Of a stretch of 64,000 nucleotides of DNA, positions 28,019 to 37,490 are shown piece after piece. The stretch covers positions 2,028 through 66,027 of the forward strand of contig DATFQQ010000217.1 in the NCBI GenBank assembly GCA_035264195.1. Direction: 5' to 3'. The translations under genes and the position numbers were made by a program. Each line of letters opens with the position of its first letter. Positions within the stretch are counted from its first letter, which is position 1. Source of the DNA: Candidatus Sulfotelmatobacter sp. (GTDB lineage: Bacteria; Acidobacteriota; Terriglobia; Terriglobales; Acidobacteriaceae). The notes below the pieces were generated by a model, which ran no database searches, had not been told where the DNA came from, and saw only the letters and a list, made by a program, of their open reading frames with translations.

Positions 28019-29250
28019 TGCGCAGCCTCGTAGTCGAGCGACTTCAAGTTCAGGGGATCAACTGCAGGAACGCAGACGAGAATGATCAGAAATGCAATCA
28101 CATGAAGCATTCCGGCGAGAGCGAACACTGTGCCGTAACCCATTCCATGATCCAGCAAGTAACCGACCAGTTCCCCAAAAGCGATTCCTCCCATCGCACC
28201 ACCGAATCCAACCAAACCCGCGACGGAGCCCACGACCTCCTGCGGAAACAGGTCGGCCGGCAAGACCATCACGAGAGTGGACCAGGACTGCTGCCCGAAA
28301 TACGCAACGCAGAAGAGCGCGATTGCCCAGGAAACGTCGACGTGCGGAATCAAAATGACGAAAGGCATTAGCGCAGCGCTGAGCCCGAGTGCAGTTTTTC
28401 GTGCTGCGCCGAGCGAAAACTGACGACCTACCAGGTAGCTGGAGAAACTCCCTCCTAACAAACAGCCGATGCCAGCAGCCGCGCTTGGCATCCATGCAAA
28501 AGCGCCTACCGCCTTAACATCAAAGCCGCGCGCGTCGTACAAATACTTCGGGAGCCAGAAAAGGTAGAAGAACCACGCTGCGTCGCTCAGGAATTTGGCT
28601 GTGATCAATCCCCAGGTCTCACGAATGGTGAACAAGTAAGTCCACGGCAAAGCTTGTGTTTTGGCGTTGGGCTGCCCAAAAGAAGGATGGTCGACCGCAG
28701 GCTTTTGAGGGAAATGTAATAATGTCCAGCCGATCGTCCAAAGCAAGCCAAAACTACCTGTCACTACGAAGATCCATCTCCAATTTGCGTAGAGGATGAT
28801 TGCCGCGATCAGAGGCGGAGCAATTACTGCTCCCACGGAAGTGCCGGCATTGATGATTCCCATCGCCGTGGCGCGTTCTCCCGCGCGAAAGAATTCCGCG
28901 ACTGCGCGTGTTGCAGCAGGGAAGCCACCACCCTCGCCCATCCCAAGCAGAAAACGGCTAACCATCAAGAGAGCGAAACTAGTAGCCAGAGCATGGCTCG
29001 CACAAGCGAGCGACCAGAACAGCATGATTACAGTGAAGCCGCGACGTGTGCCCAACAGGTCAACCAACTTGCCTCCACCCGCATACATTAGCGCGTAAGC
29101 AAACAAGAATGCAGACTGGAGGGCAGAGAACTGAGCGTTGCTCAGCGGTATGTCCCGACTGATCGAGTGAACGGCGACAGGCAAGGTCTGGCGATCGAGA
29201 TAGCTTATGGCGATGGCGAGGCTGATCAGGATCGCGAGTTGCCACCGCAC
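28015..29250 (-). CDS. MFS transporter (anionic sugar / sugar-acid type)
   Basis: About 12 hydrophobic segments. Typical MFS loop GKLVDLLGTRRG. First gene of the minus-strand operon. Confidence 0.85.
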   Translation of the reverse strand: MRWQLAILISLAIAISYLDRQTLPVAVHSISRDIPLSNAQFSALQSAFLFAYALMYAGGGKLVDLLGTRRGFTVIMLFWSLACASHALATSFALLMVSRFLLGMGEGGGFPAATRAVAEFFRAGERATAMGIINAGTSVGAVIAPPLIAAIILYANWRWIFVVTGSFGLLWTIGWTLLHFPQKPAVDHPSFGQPNAKTQALPWTYLFTIRETWGLITAKFLSDAAWFFYLFWLPKYLYDARGFDVKAVGAFAWMPSAAAGIGCLLGGSFSSYLVGRQFSLGAARKTALGLSAALMPFVILIPHVDVSWAIALFCVAYFGQQSWSTLVMVLPADLFPQEVVGSVAGLVGFGGAMGGIAFGELVGYLLDHGMGYGTVFALAGMLHVIAFLIILVCVPAVDPLNLKSLDYEAAH

Positions 29251-29312
29251 TGTCTCGTCCGCCCTTTCTCCGAAAATCTAAATCGAAATCGAGGCATTAT
29301 AGCGCTTATTCG

Positions 29313-29326
29313 GGTAAGCGTTTACT
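29313..29326. promoter_or_regulatory. LacI-type operator GGTAAGCGTTTACT
   Basis: Centred on CG at 29319-29320, in the 148-bp divergent region between the MFS operon and the GH31 gene. A minus-strand TATAAT lies at 29296-29301 and a plus-strand TACAAT at 29345-29350. Confidence 0.55.
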
Positions 29327-29398
29327 CGCCTGCCCGCCTTCCGCTACAATCCGATGCATTTCCAGGAATTCGACCCCAATGAACGAGAGCTGCTGTAA

Positions 29399-31624
29399 AT
29401 GACCTCCCAATGGAACCGTCGAGACGTACTTCGAGGACTATCAGCAATGTCCGCTGCTGCATGCGTTCCGCTGAGCAAGGCTGCAGCTACAGACCAAGTA
29501 AATCCTCAGATTGAAATCCTAGTTACATCCGTGAGTGAACATACTCTGAGGCTGAGCCTTGTTCCGACAGTCAGCGCCGCCTCGAAGGCGATTCCAGCCA
29601 ATGGAGCGCTCATCAAAGAGTCTTGGGGTACTCCGATTCGAGCAAGTCAGAACGGAGGGCATGACATTGGAGTTGGTAAGTTCCGGCTCAAGATTTTATG
29701 GAGTCCGATTAACATCGCGATTGCCGACGCGCACGACAAGCTGATTCAACAATTTGAGTGGGACGCGAATACCGGGGCGCTTTCGTTTCTGACGGGAACA
29801 GGCCCTCTCCTCGGCTTGGGCGAAGGCGGACCGCAATTCGATCGACGCGGGTCGATCGATGCGATGCGCAGTGGGCAAGGTGGATACAAGCTCGCGACCC
29901 ATGGCGGGCGGGTTCCCATCCCATGGATCATCAGCACATCAGGGTGGGCAATCTTCGTCCATCAGCCATTCGGTACGTTCGACTTCACCGGGCCCCAAAG
30001 CAAATTTCTGCCGAAAAGTCACGATGCTGCACTTCCGCTCGATCTTTTTCTGGTCGCTTCTACTGAGCCAGCCACGCTCATGAGTGAGTATGCAAGGCTC
30101 ACCGGGCTCCCGGAGATGCCGCCGCTGTGGAGTTTTGGTTATCAGCAGTCGCACCGCACGTTGGCCAGCCGTGAAGAAGTCATTGCCGAAGCGAAGCTAT
30201 TCCGCGAAAAGAAGCTGCCATGCGATGCCATGATCTATTTAGGTACTGGATTCTGCCCTTCCGGATGGAATACAGAAAACGGGGCGTTCGACTGGAATCC
30301 ACGCGTTTTTCCCGATCCCAAAGAAGTGCTGGATGAGTTACATAAGGAGCACTTTCGTGCCGCAGTCCATGTTGTCATTCTCTCCGATTCGCTCCGCGGT
30401 ACCGTGCACGACAAATGTGAGTTGCTGCGGTTTGATGAGTCCCAGGCGAGCTGTTACTGGGATGCACATCGAAAAGACTTCGCGATGGGAATCGATGGGT
30501 GGTGGCCCGACGAAGGAGATCCGCTCGACATGGCGTCACGTTTAGTTCGCAATCGTATGTACTGGGAAGGACCGCAAATTGATCGTCCGAATGAGCGCCC
30601 CTACGCCCTGCATCGGAACGGATACGCCGGCATGCAGCGATACGCATCGTTCTTGTGGTCAGGCGACGTCTATTCCACGTGGGAGACTTTGAAGACTCAC
30701 ATTCCCATCGCTCTGAACACTGCTCTCAGCGGGATTCCATATTGGGGAACCGACATCGGAGGCTTTGTTCCCACGCCAGAATTCACGGCAGAGCTTTACG
30801 TTCGATGGTTCCAGTTCGGAGCATTCTGCCCACTTTTTCGTTGTCATGGTCGTACATGGAAACTCAGGCTGCCATGGGGATGGAACACGGGAGATCCGGG
30901 GCCGGTGGAGATCAGGAGCTACGACGGCGCCGCGATCCCTGACGCGAGCCAGCTTCACGACACCCGCGTCGAACCTATTTGCAGGAAATATCTCGAACTT
31001 CGCTACCGGATGTTGCCCTATCTGTACAGCACTGTGCGCGAAAGCGCCCTCACCGGAATGCCAATCATGCGAGCACTGTGGCTGCACTTTCCAGACGATC
31101 CGAAATCGGTCGAATGCCAGGATCAATACATGTGGGGCAAGAACCTGTTAGTGGCTCCGGTTGTCGAAAAGGGAGCGACCACGCGCCGCGTCTACCTTCC
31201 GCCAGGGAGTTGGTACGATTTCTGGACCGGCGAGCGCATTGACGGTGGCCATGAGATCAGCCGTCCGGTCGATTTGGAGACGATGCCTCTATACGTTCGC
31301 GCAGGATCGGTTCTGCCACTTGGTCCAGTCAGACAGTTCGTCGATGAGAAAGTTGACGGCCCACTGACGATTTCAATCTATCCCGGGGCAGACGCTTCGT
31401 TCCTGCTTTATGAAGACGATGGCATTTCATTCAACTATCGCAAAGGTGAGTGGATGGGCATTCAGATGACCTGGAACGATTCGAGCAAAATGTTGAATTT
31501 GGGGCTTGCCTCGGGCTCGCGGTTGATGCCTCCAGCGAAACGAACGATTGAGCTCCAGATGGGTGAAATCAAGAAGACGCTGAATTTTGATGGGAAGCCT
31601 GTTTCGATGTCGTCTGGACAATAA
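29399..31624 (+). CDS. GH31 alpha-glycosidase (alpha-xylosidase/alpha-glucosidase type)
   Basis: Signal-like N-terminus NRRDVLRGLSAMSAAACVPL. GH31 motifs are present: GIDGWWPDEGDP (nucleophile region), FLWSGDVYSTWETL, YWGTDIGGF. Confidence 0.9.
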   Translation: MTSQWNRRDVLRGLSAMSAAACVPLSKAAATDQVNPQIEILVTSVSEHTLRLSLVPTVSAASKAIPANGALIKESWGTPIRASQNGGHDIGVGKFRLKILWSPINIAIADAHDKLIQQFEWDANTGALSFLTGTGPLLGLGEGGPQFDRRGSIDAMRSGQGGYKLATHGGRVPIPWIISTSGWAIFVHQPFGTFDFTGPQSKFLPKSHDAALPLDLFLVASTEPATLMSEYARLTGLPEMPPLWSFGYQQSHRTLASREEVIAEAKLFREKKLPCDAMIYLGTGFCPSGWNTENGAFDWNPRVFPDPKEVLDELHKEHFRAAVHVVILSDSLRGTVHDKCELLRFDESQASCYWDAHRKDFAMGIDGWWPDEGDPLDMASRLVRNRMYWEGPQIDRPNERPYALHRNGYAGMQRYASFLWSGDVYSTWETLKTHIPIALNTALSGIPYWGTDIGGFVPTPEFTAELYVRWFQFGAFCPLFRCHGRTWKLRLPWGWNTGDPGPVEIRSYDGAAIPDASQLHDTRVEPICRKYLELRYRMLPYLYSTVRESALTGMPIMRALWLHFPDDPKSVECQDQYMWGKNLLVAPVVEKGATTRRVYLPPGSWYDFWTGERIDGGHEISRPVDLETMPLYVRAGSVLPLGPVRQFVDEKVDGPLTISIYPGADASFLLYEDDGISFNYRKGEWMGIQMTWNDSSKMLNLGLASGSRLMPPAKRTIELQMGEIKKTLNFDGKPVSMSSGQ

Positions 31625-31695
31625 GCGTGCGTTGCGGTTTCGGTGTCGGGGCCATGAGCGATATACTTCGTCACACAGTGCCTTTACCTTTCCTC

Positions 31696-32634
31696 ATGCG
31701 CGAACGGTCCCACGTTCTTAAACTTGTTATCGCTGTTACCTGCATTGCTCCTTTGATCGCCCACGGCCAGGTTGCGTCGAAAGCGACTTCCACTGGCGGT
31801 GGGGAAACAGCAGAACGCGGCATCGCCCTGGCATCCAAGGGACTGTGCAAGGAAGCGCTGCCGCTTCTCAAGAAGTCGGCACAGACTACCGACAAGAATC
31901 TGAGGTACGACGTGCTGATGGCGACGGCCCGGTGCGCGATGAGTCTCGATCAAACGGATACCGCGGTGAGGACTTTGCTCGAACTGAACCGTCTGTTTCC
32001 ACGGGATCCAGAAGTCCTTTTCAACACGACTCACTACTATTCAGACTTAGCATCAAGAGCGTCGCAAGAGCTGGCAGCGTCGGCGCCGACCTCGGCACAA
32101 GCGGAGCAACTTGAGGCAGAGTCTCTCGAGTCTCAAGGTGACCTGGATAAAGCTTCGACGGAATATCGAAAGATCCTTGAGCAATATCCTCAGCGCCGCG
32201 GAATTCATTATCGCCTGGGACGCCTTCTACTCTCCAAGAATCCTCCCGACGTAGAGAACGCAAAGAAAGAACTGAACGCGGAACTGAAGGCGGATCCAAA
32301 TAATGCCGCCGCGGAGTTCGTGCTCGGTGAGACCGCGCGCCAGGCGGGAGAGTGGGACGAGGCTGTTGGACATTTCTCCAGAGCATCTAAGATTGATGCA
32401 GGTTTTCAGGAAGCGTATCTCGCGATGGGAATGTCACTGAATTCTGCCGGACGATTTGGTGATGCGGTTGCGCCGCTCGAGACGTATGTGAAGATGCAGC
32501 CCGGAGATCCGGCGGGACACTATCAGCTCGGAACTGCGTACGCCCGCACCGGACACAAACAAGAGGCCCAGCGCGAAATGGCTCTCCAACAGCAGACCGC
32601 AGCTAAGAGCCCCGGCGCACCTCCGCAACCCTGA
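31696..32634 (+). CDS. secreted TPR protein
   Basis: ORF 31627..32634. ATG at 31696 gives [27 protein letters not shown]-like repeats follow. Its stop overlaps the next start (TGATG at 32632-32636). Confidence 0.8.
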   Translation: MRERSHVLKLVIAVTCIAPLIAHGQVASKATSTGGGETAERGIALASKGLCKEALPLLKKSAQTTDKNLRYDVLMATARCAMSLDQTDTAVRTLLELNRLFPRDPEVLFNTTHYYSDLASRASQELAASAPTSAQAEQLEAESLESQGDLDKASTEYRKILEQYPQRRGIHYRLGRLLLSKNPPDVENAKKELNAELKADPNNAAAEFVLGETARQAGEWDEAVGHFSRASKIDAGFQEAYLAMGMSLNSAGRFGDAVAPLETYVKMQPGDPAGHYQLGTAYARTGHKQEAQREMALQQQTAAKSPGAPPQP

Positions 32635-34376
32635 TGAAATCCATGGTCCGGGGCCTGCCAAGATTTTTCCAACGTACTCTCTCTCGTCGTTCCTTCTTGC
32701 AATTGTTAGGTTCCGCCGGAGGGTTCGCTCTTGTTCCATCACTCCGTCCTGAATCCCTTCTGCCGAGCGCTGTACCTTCAGCGCCGTTCGAAGAAGTCCT
32801 CTCGTCCGCATCGGGAGTCACATGGGCCCACGTCAGCGGGCGCTCACCTATGGCCCACTTGCCGGAAACGGTGGGCGCAGGCTGCGCATTCTTTGACTAC
32901 GACAACGACGGCTGGATGGATATCTACCTGGTGAACAGCGGGCCGTGTGACTTCTATCAGCCATCGCCACCGCTACGCAACGCTCTCTACCGCAACAACC
33001 GCGACGGCACTTTCACCGACGTGACCCAACATGCAGGCGTACAGGGTAACGCGTATGGAATGGGCGTTGGAGTGGGTGATTATGACCGTGATGGTTTTCC
33101 GGACTTGTATGTCACGCAGTATCCCACCAGCATTCTGTACCATAACAACGGAGATGGAACTTTCACTGACGTCACTGCGAAGGCAGGCGTTGCCGCGCCA
33201 GGCTGGGCTACCAGCGCAGTATGGTTCGATTACGACAACGATGGCCGGCTCGACTTATTCGTAGGCCGCTTTGTCGATTACAGCAAAGAAAAGCTGAAAT
33301 TCTGCGGTGACTTGATCACCAAAGAACGGCACTATTGCATTCCCAGCATCTATGACCCGATGCCGTGTTGGCTCTTTCACAACAACGGAGATGGAACATT
33401 CACAGACGTGAGCAAAGAGTCTGGGATCGCGCAGGTTCGCGCCAAGGCTTGGGGCGTCGTTGCCGCCGACCTGAACAACGATGGCCGCATGGATCTGTAT
33501 GTCACGAACGATACGGTTCCGAATTTTCTCTTCGCCAATCGAGGCAAGGGAAAGTTCGAAGAGATCGGAATGGTAGCCGGTGTAGGTGTGAGCACATTCG
33601 GCAAGCCGCGGTCTGGAATGGGAGTAGACGCAGCCGACTACGATCAGGATGGCTGGATCGATCTGTTTGAGGCCAATGTCGATCAAGAAATGTATTCGCT
33701 CTACCACAACGATAAGGACGAGATCTTCACCGATGTTTCGAACCCGAACGGCATCGGCTTGGCCACGCGGTTGATGAGCGGGTGGGGATTGAAGTTTATC
33801 GACTACGACAATGACGGTGAAGTCGACTTGCTTTTGTGTAACGGGCATCCCGACGACTTAGTTGAAAAACGAACCGATCTTGTGAAGTTTCGGGAACCTA
33901 TGCTGCTTTTTCGGAATACCGGCAAGGGATTTGAAAACGTCAGCCAACAGAGTGGTCCTCTTTTTACGAGACCACTCGCCGCTCGAGGTTTGGCGCTAGG
34001 AGATTTCGACAACGATGGCGCGGTCGATCTGCTTATTTCTCAGAACAACGGTCCGCCTGTTCTTCTGCGAAACGTTGCTGGACGCGAGAATCACTGGCTT
34101 GGTCTTCGCTTGATCGGAACGAAGGCCAACATTGATGCAGTCGGTGCCAAGATCACCTATCAATCGGGCGATTGGCAGCGACACAAATACAAAGTCGGCG
34201 GAGGTAGTTATCTCTCGTCGCATGATTCTCGGGTCGTCTTGGGACTCGGTAAACACTCCAAGATCGATTGGCTGGAGGTTGACTGGCCACATCCAAGTGG
34301 CAAGAAGGAACGTGTTTCGGATCTTCCAATCGACCGGTACATCACGATCGTGGAAGGAGAAGGGAAGTGGAAGTAA
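32634..34376 (+). CDS. CRTAC1-family beta-propeller protein, Tat-exported
   Basis: Signal [14 protein letters not shown]. Same DxDxDG and [10 protein letters not shown] repeat architecture and UnbV/ASPIC tail ([11 protein letters not shown]...[10 protein letters not shown]) as 1967..3742. Confidence 0.9.
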   Translation: MKSMVRGLPRFFQRTLSRRSFLQLLGSAGGFALVPSLRPESLLPSAVPSAPFEEVLSSASGVTWAHVSGRSPMAHLPETVGAGCAFFDYDNDGWMDIYLVNSGPCDFYQPSPPLRNALYRNNRDGTFTDVTQHAGVQGNAYGMGVGVGDYDRDGFPDLYVTQYPTSILYHNNGDGTFTDVTAKAGVAAPGWATSAVWFDYDNDGRLDLFVGRFVDYSKEKLKFCGDLITKERHYCIPSIYDPMPCWLFHNNGDGTFTDVSKESGIAQVRAKAWGVVAADLNNDGRMDLYVTNDTVPNFLFANRGKGKFEEIGMVAGVGVSTFGKPRSGMGVDAADYDQDGWIDLFEANVDQEMYSLYHNDKDEIFTDVSNPNGIGLATRLMSGWGLKFIDYDNDGEVDLLLCNGHPDDLVEKRTDLVKFREPMLLFRNTGKGFENVSQQSGPLFTRPLAARGLALGDFDNDGAVDLLISQNNGPPVLLRNVAGRENHWLGLRLIGTKANIDAVGAKITYQSGDWQRHKYKVGGGSYLSSHDSRVVLGLGKHSKIDWLEVDWPHPSGKKERVSDLPIDRYITIVEGEGKWK

Positions 34377-34383
34377 GCTCCTA

Positions 34384-35568
34384 ATGGCTTTTGGAGAAGT
34401 TGCGATGAAGGTCGCATCCACAAATCGGCTGAGACTTCTGACGGTCCTATGTGTTTTGTGTCTCCCCTGCCAAACTCAAACCTCACTGCAAAGGCCACTT
34501 GGTTCTGGATCTGACCGCACACAGCAGCCAACTTACCCGAGCCAGCCTCAAGTGACGCAGGCAAGAGAAGAGCTGCAGAAGGGAACGGCTCTTACTCGAC
34601 AAGGTCGATTCAATGAAGCGATTCCGCATCTGTTGGCGGCTCAGAAGATCCTGCAAAACGAGTATGCCCTGCAGTTCAATCTCAGCCTCTGTTACGTGGG
34701 CGTGGGCGACTACAGCAGAGCAATCTCCGCATTGGATGGATTGCGCCGTCGTGGACACGATAATGCCAACGTGGAAAACTTGCTTGCACAGGCATACGTC
34801 GGAAACGGGCAGGATGCGGAAGCCCTCGCTGCTGTCGAACGCGCTGCATCGATTTCACCACAGGATGAGAAGCTGTTCACGTTCGTCGCCGATGCTTGCA
34901 TGGATCGCCAGGATTTTGAATTCGGTCTCAAAGTAATCGACTTGGGACTGGCAAAGTTTCCGCAATCGGCGCGGCTTCACTACGCGCGCGCAATGCTTTT
35001 GTCAGAGTTGGATCAGTTGGATCGGGCAAAAGAGGATTTTGCGCGGGCGAGCAAGCTTGGGCAGGGAAGTGAAGTCGGATATCTCGCGGCAGCCCAGCAA
35101 AAGATGTTTGAGGGCAGCATCAACGACGCGATTCAAATTGCCCGCGAAGGAATGAATAATGGAATCGAGGACTCAGCTCTACTCGAGATTCTGGGGAAAG
35201 CATTACTGCGTTCCGGAGTGATGCCGGGCCAAACAGAATTCAACGAGGCCCAGAGTGCATTGGAGAAATCGGTATCAGAACATCCAAACGATGCTGGCGC
35301 GCAAATCGCACTGGCCCAAGTCTATCTTCAGGCAGGTCGTTTCGACGATGCCATTGCACATCTGGACGTGGCGCAGCGGATGAGGCCCAACCAGCCTTCG
35401 ATCTATGCGAGCCTGGCGAAGGCTTATCAGCGGAAAGGCGACTCGCAGAGAGCCCAGGAAGCGCTTCAGAAACTTGAAGCTCTGAATCAGACGCAAGCCG
35501 AGCGAATTCGATCGGCACCAGGAGAGCGCAAGATGAGCTATGGAGGGAGTTCACCGGCTCCGCAGTGA
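34384..35568 (+). CDS. secreted TPR protein
   Basis: ORF 34132..35568, trimmed to the ATG at 34384 (or 34405), just after the CRTAC1 stop. Signal NRLRLLTVLCVLCLPCQTQ. TPR repeats follow. Confidence 0.8.
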   Translation: MAFGEVAMKVASTNRLRLLTVLCVLCLPCQTQTSLQRPLGSGSDRTQQPTYPSQPQVTQAREELQKGTALTRQGRFNEAIPHLLAAQKILQNEYALQFNLSLCYVGVGDYSRAISALDGLRRRGHDNANVENLLAQAYVGNGQDAEALAAVERAASISPQDEKLFTFVADACMDRQDFEFGLKVIDLGLAKFPQSARLHYARAMLLSELDQLDRAKEDFARASKLGQGSEVGYLAAAQQKMFEGSINDAIQIAREGMNNGIEDSALLEILGKALLRSGVMPGQTEFNEAQSALEKSVSEHPNDAGAQIALAQVYLQAGRFDDAIAHLDVAQRMRPNQPSIYASLAKAYQRKGDSQRAQEALQKLEALNQTQAERIRSAPGERKMSYGGSSPAPQ

Positions 35569-35571
35569 CTG

Positions 35572-37305
35572 TTAGCGGACCGTTGAAACTCTTGGGAACG
35601 GCCGGTCGATAATCCCGGTTCCTTCTTTGATCGCAACAATCTGGTCAGACTTGATGTGCTCAAGTTTCGTGTTCGCTCCGCTGGGCCAGATTATCTCAAG
35701 CAAATCAATCGATGAATGTTGGCCCAACCCGAAATGCAAGCGGGGATCCTGGGCCGATTGATAGCTCATCCCGCCCTTGCGCTGATCGTAGAGCACAAGA
35801 TCGCCGACAGTGACTTTGACTCGTGCTCCTACGCCGTCGCGATTCGACTTTGTTCCGATCAGGAAAATCTCCAGCCAATGGTTCTTATTGCCGCCATCAT
35901 TACGGAGCAGTTGTGGCGCCTGACCGCAGTTGTTGACGAGAATATCGAGATCGCCGTCGTTGTCGAAGTCTCCGACAGCCGCTCCTCGGCTGACCCGAGG
36001 TAGTTGAAAATCCGGGCCCAGATCGTCGCTGACGTTTTCGAAGATCCCGCGCCCCGCGTTACGGAACATCAGTTTGGGCTCGGCATACTTGACGTCCGCG
36101 TGATACCGCTCGACGTTATCGAGCACGTGGCCATTCGCCATGAATAGATCACGCCAGCCGTCATTGTCGTAATCCATAAAGCGTGCGCCGAACGTGCTGA
36201 TGTGATAAGTCGCATAGGAAAGCTTGGATCGGAATGTCGCATCTTCGAAGGTACCGTCGCCAAGGTTCTGATAGATGCGAGCCAGTTGCATATCGAGGTG
36301 CGCCACAATCAAATCCATGCGACCACTGCCTGTAGTATCAGCAGCATCTGTACCCATGCCTGCCTCGAACTGCCCGTCTGCGCTCACAGACACTCCCGCC
36401 GTGTAGCCCACTTCCCGGAATGTTCCGTCGTGATTGTTGTGGAAGAGGTAATTGGGCATGTGGTCGTTGGCGATGAAGATGTCTTGCCACCCGTCGTTGT
36501 CGTAGTCGAAGGTCACCACGCCGAGTCCGTTTCCACCCTTGAGTCCAAGTCCGGAAGTTTTGCTGACGTCGGTGAAAGTGCCGTCTCCATTGTTGTGGTA
36601 CAGAGTTGGTGGCTGACCGTGAAAATCGTCCGGATGACAGTAGCTGCGCATGCCCGGGCCACGATCCCCACAATAGAAATTGTGCTCCGGGGACCAGTCG
36701 ACGTAGTTGGCGATGATGAGATCGAGTTTGCCGTCGTTATCGTAGTCAAACCAGGCGGCGCTCGAAGCCCACAAGCCGGTGTTCTGCACACCTGCTCGCG
36801 CGGTCACGTCGGTAAAGGTGCCGTCTCCGTTGTTGTGGTAGAGAATGCATCGGCCGTACCCCAAGACCAGTAGGTCGGGGAACCCATCGTTGTCATAGTC
36901 TCCAACTGCCACTCCCATGCCGAAAAGTCCTTCGGCCCACACTCCAGCCTTCACCGTTACATCGGTGAAGGTGCCGTCTCCGTTGTTGCGATAAAGCGCG
37001 CTTCGAACCGGCTGTTGGGGGGTATAAACGCGGGTTGCGGCCCCGTTCACCAGGTAGAGATCGAGCAGACCGTTCTGGTCATAGTCAATCCACCCGCAGC
37101 CGGATCCCATGGTTTCAATCAGGTATTTCTCTGGGGATGCGGCATTGTCGTGATGAAAGGTGATGCCTGCAGACGAGGCGATGTCGGTGAACGTGACGCC
37201 CCTCTCGATCTTGGAATTGAACCAGGGCTGCGGAACAGCGACCACGAGCGAGGCGAATCCCATCTGTTTCAACAACTTACGTCGAGAAACCTTGGCCGTG
37301 TTCAC
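35572..37305 (-). CDS. CRTAC1-family beta-propeller protein, Tat-exported
   Basis: Signal MNTAKVSRRKLLKQMGFASLVVAV. Same repeat architecture and UnbV/ASPIC tail (RDGVGARVKV...QDPRLHFGLG) as the other two. Its stop is 3 nt from the convergent TPR stop. Confidence 0.9.
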   Translation of the reverse strand: MNTAKVSRRKLLKQMGFASLVVAVPQPWFNSKIERGVTFTDIASSAGITFHHDNAASPEKYLIETMGSGCGWIDYDQNGLLDLYLVNGAATRVYTPQQPVRSALYRNNGDGTFTDVTVKAGVWAEGLFGMGVAVGDYDNDGFPDLLVLGYGRCILYHNNGDGTFTDVTARAGVQNTGLWASSAAWFDYDNDGKLDLIIANYVDWSPEHNFYCGDRGPGMRSYCHPDDFHGQPPTLYHNNGDGTFTDVSKTSGLGLKGGNGLGVVTFDYDNDGWQDIFIANDHMPNYLFHNNHDGTFREVGYTAGVSVSADGQFEAGMGTDAADTTGSGRMDLIVAHLDMQLARIYQNLGDGTFEDATFRSKLSYATYHISTFGARFMDYDNDGWRDLFMANGHVLDNVERYHADVKYAEPKLMFRNAGRGIFENVSDDLGPDFQLPRVSRGAAVGDFDNDGDLDILVNNCGQAPQLLRNDGGNKNHWLEIFLIGTKSNRDGVGARVKVTVGDLVLYDQRKGGMSYQSAQDPRLHFGLGQHSSIDLLEIIWPSGANTKLEHIKSDQIVAIKEGTGIIDRPFPRVSTVR

Positions 37306-37372
37306 GAGTGCCTTCCAACGGGGCTGCTAAAGAGGGGTAACACATCTTGGAATGAGGGGCAAAATTTCATGG

Positions 37373-37400
37373 TTGACAACGGGACGGAATAAAGTATACA
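37373..37400 (+). promoter_or_regulatory. sigma70-like promoter TTGACA-N16-TATACA upstream of second TBDR
   Basis: TTGACA at 37373-37378 and TATACA at 37395-37400. Hexamers and spacing are identical to 3836-3863. Confidence 0.5.
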
Positions 37401-37414
37401 AAATCCCGCACTAG

Positions 37415-37428
37415 GGAAAACGTTTTCT
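37415..37428. promoter_or_regulatory. LacI-type operator GGAAAACGTTTTCT
   Basis: Centred on CG at 37421-37422, 21 nt after the -10 element, in the divergent CRTAC1/TBDR intergenic region. Confidence 0.6.
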
Positions 37429-37490
37429 GGCCGCCTCTGTTGGCGTATGCCGAGTCGGCTTGCAATTTCGCGACGTTGCAAGGAGGAGCT

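Noticed and set aside
35566-35574. Convergent TPR and CRTAC1 stops only 3 nt apart with no terminator.
   Set aside because: Noted only as tight packing. There is no structure to report, and convergent overlap of 3' UTRs is common.
2300-37000. Recurrent DNA motif AACAACGGNGAYGGNACNTTCACNGAYGT, and GAYTAYGAYAAYGAYGG, appearing about 6 to 7 times in each of three genes.
   Set aside because: This is not a mobile or intergenic repeat. It is the coding signature of the [10 protein letters not shown] strands and DxDxDG Ca-loops of the CRTAC1 propeller blades.
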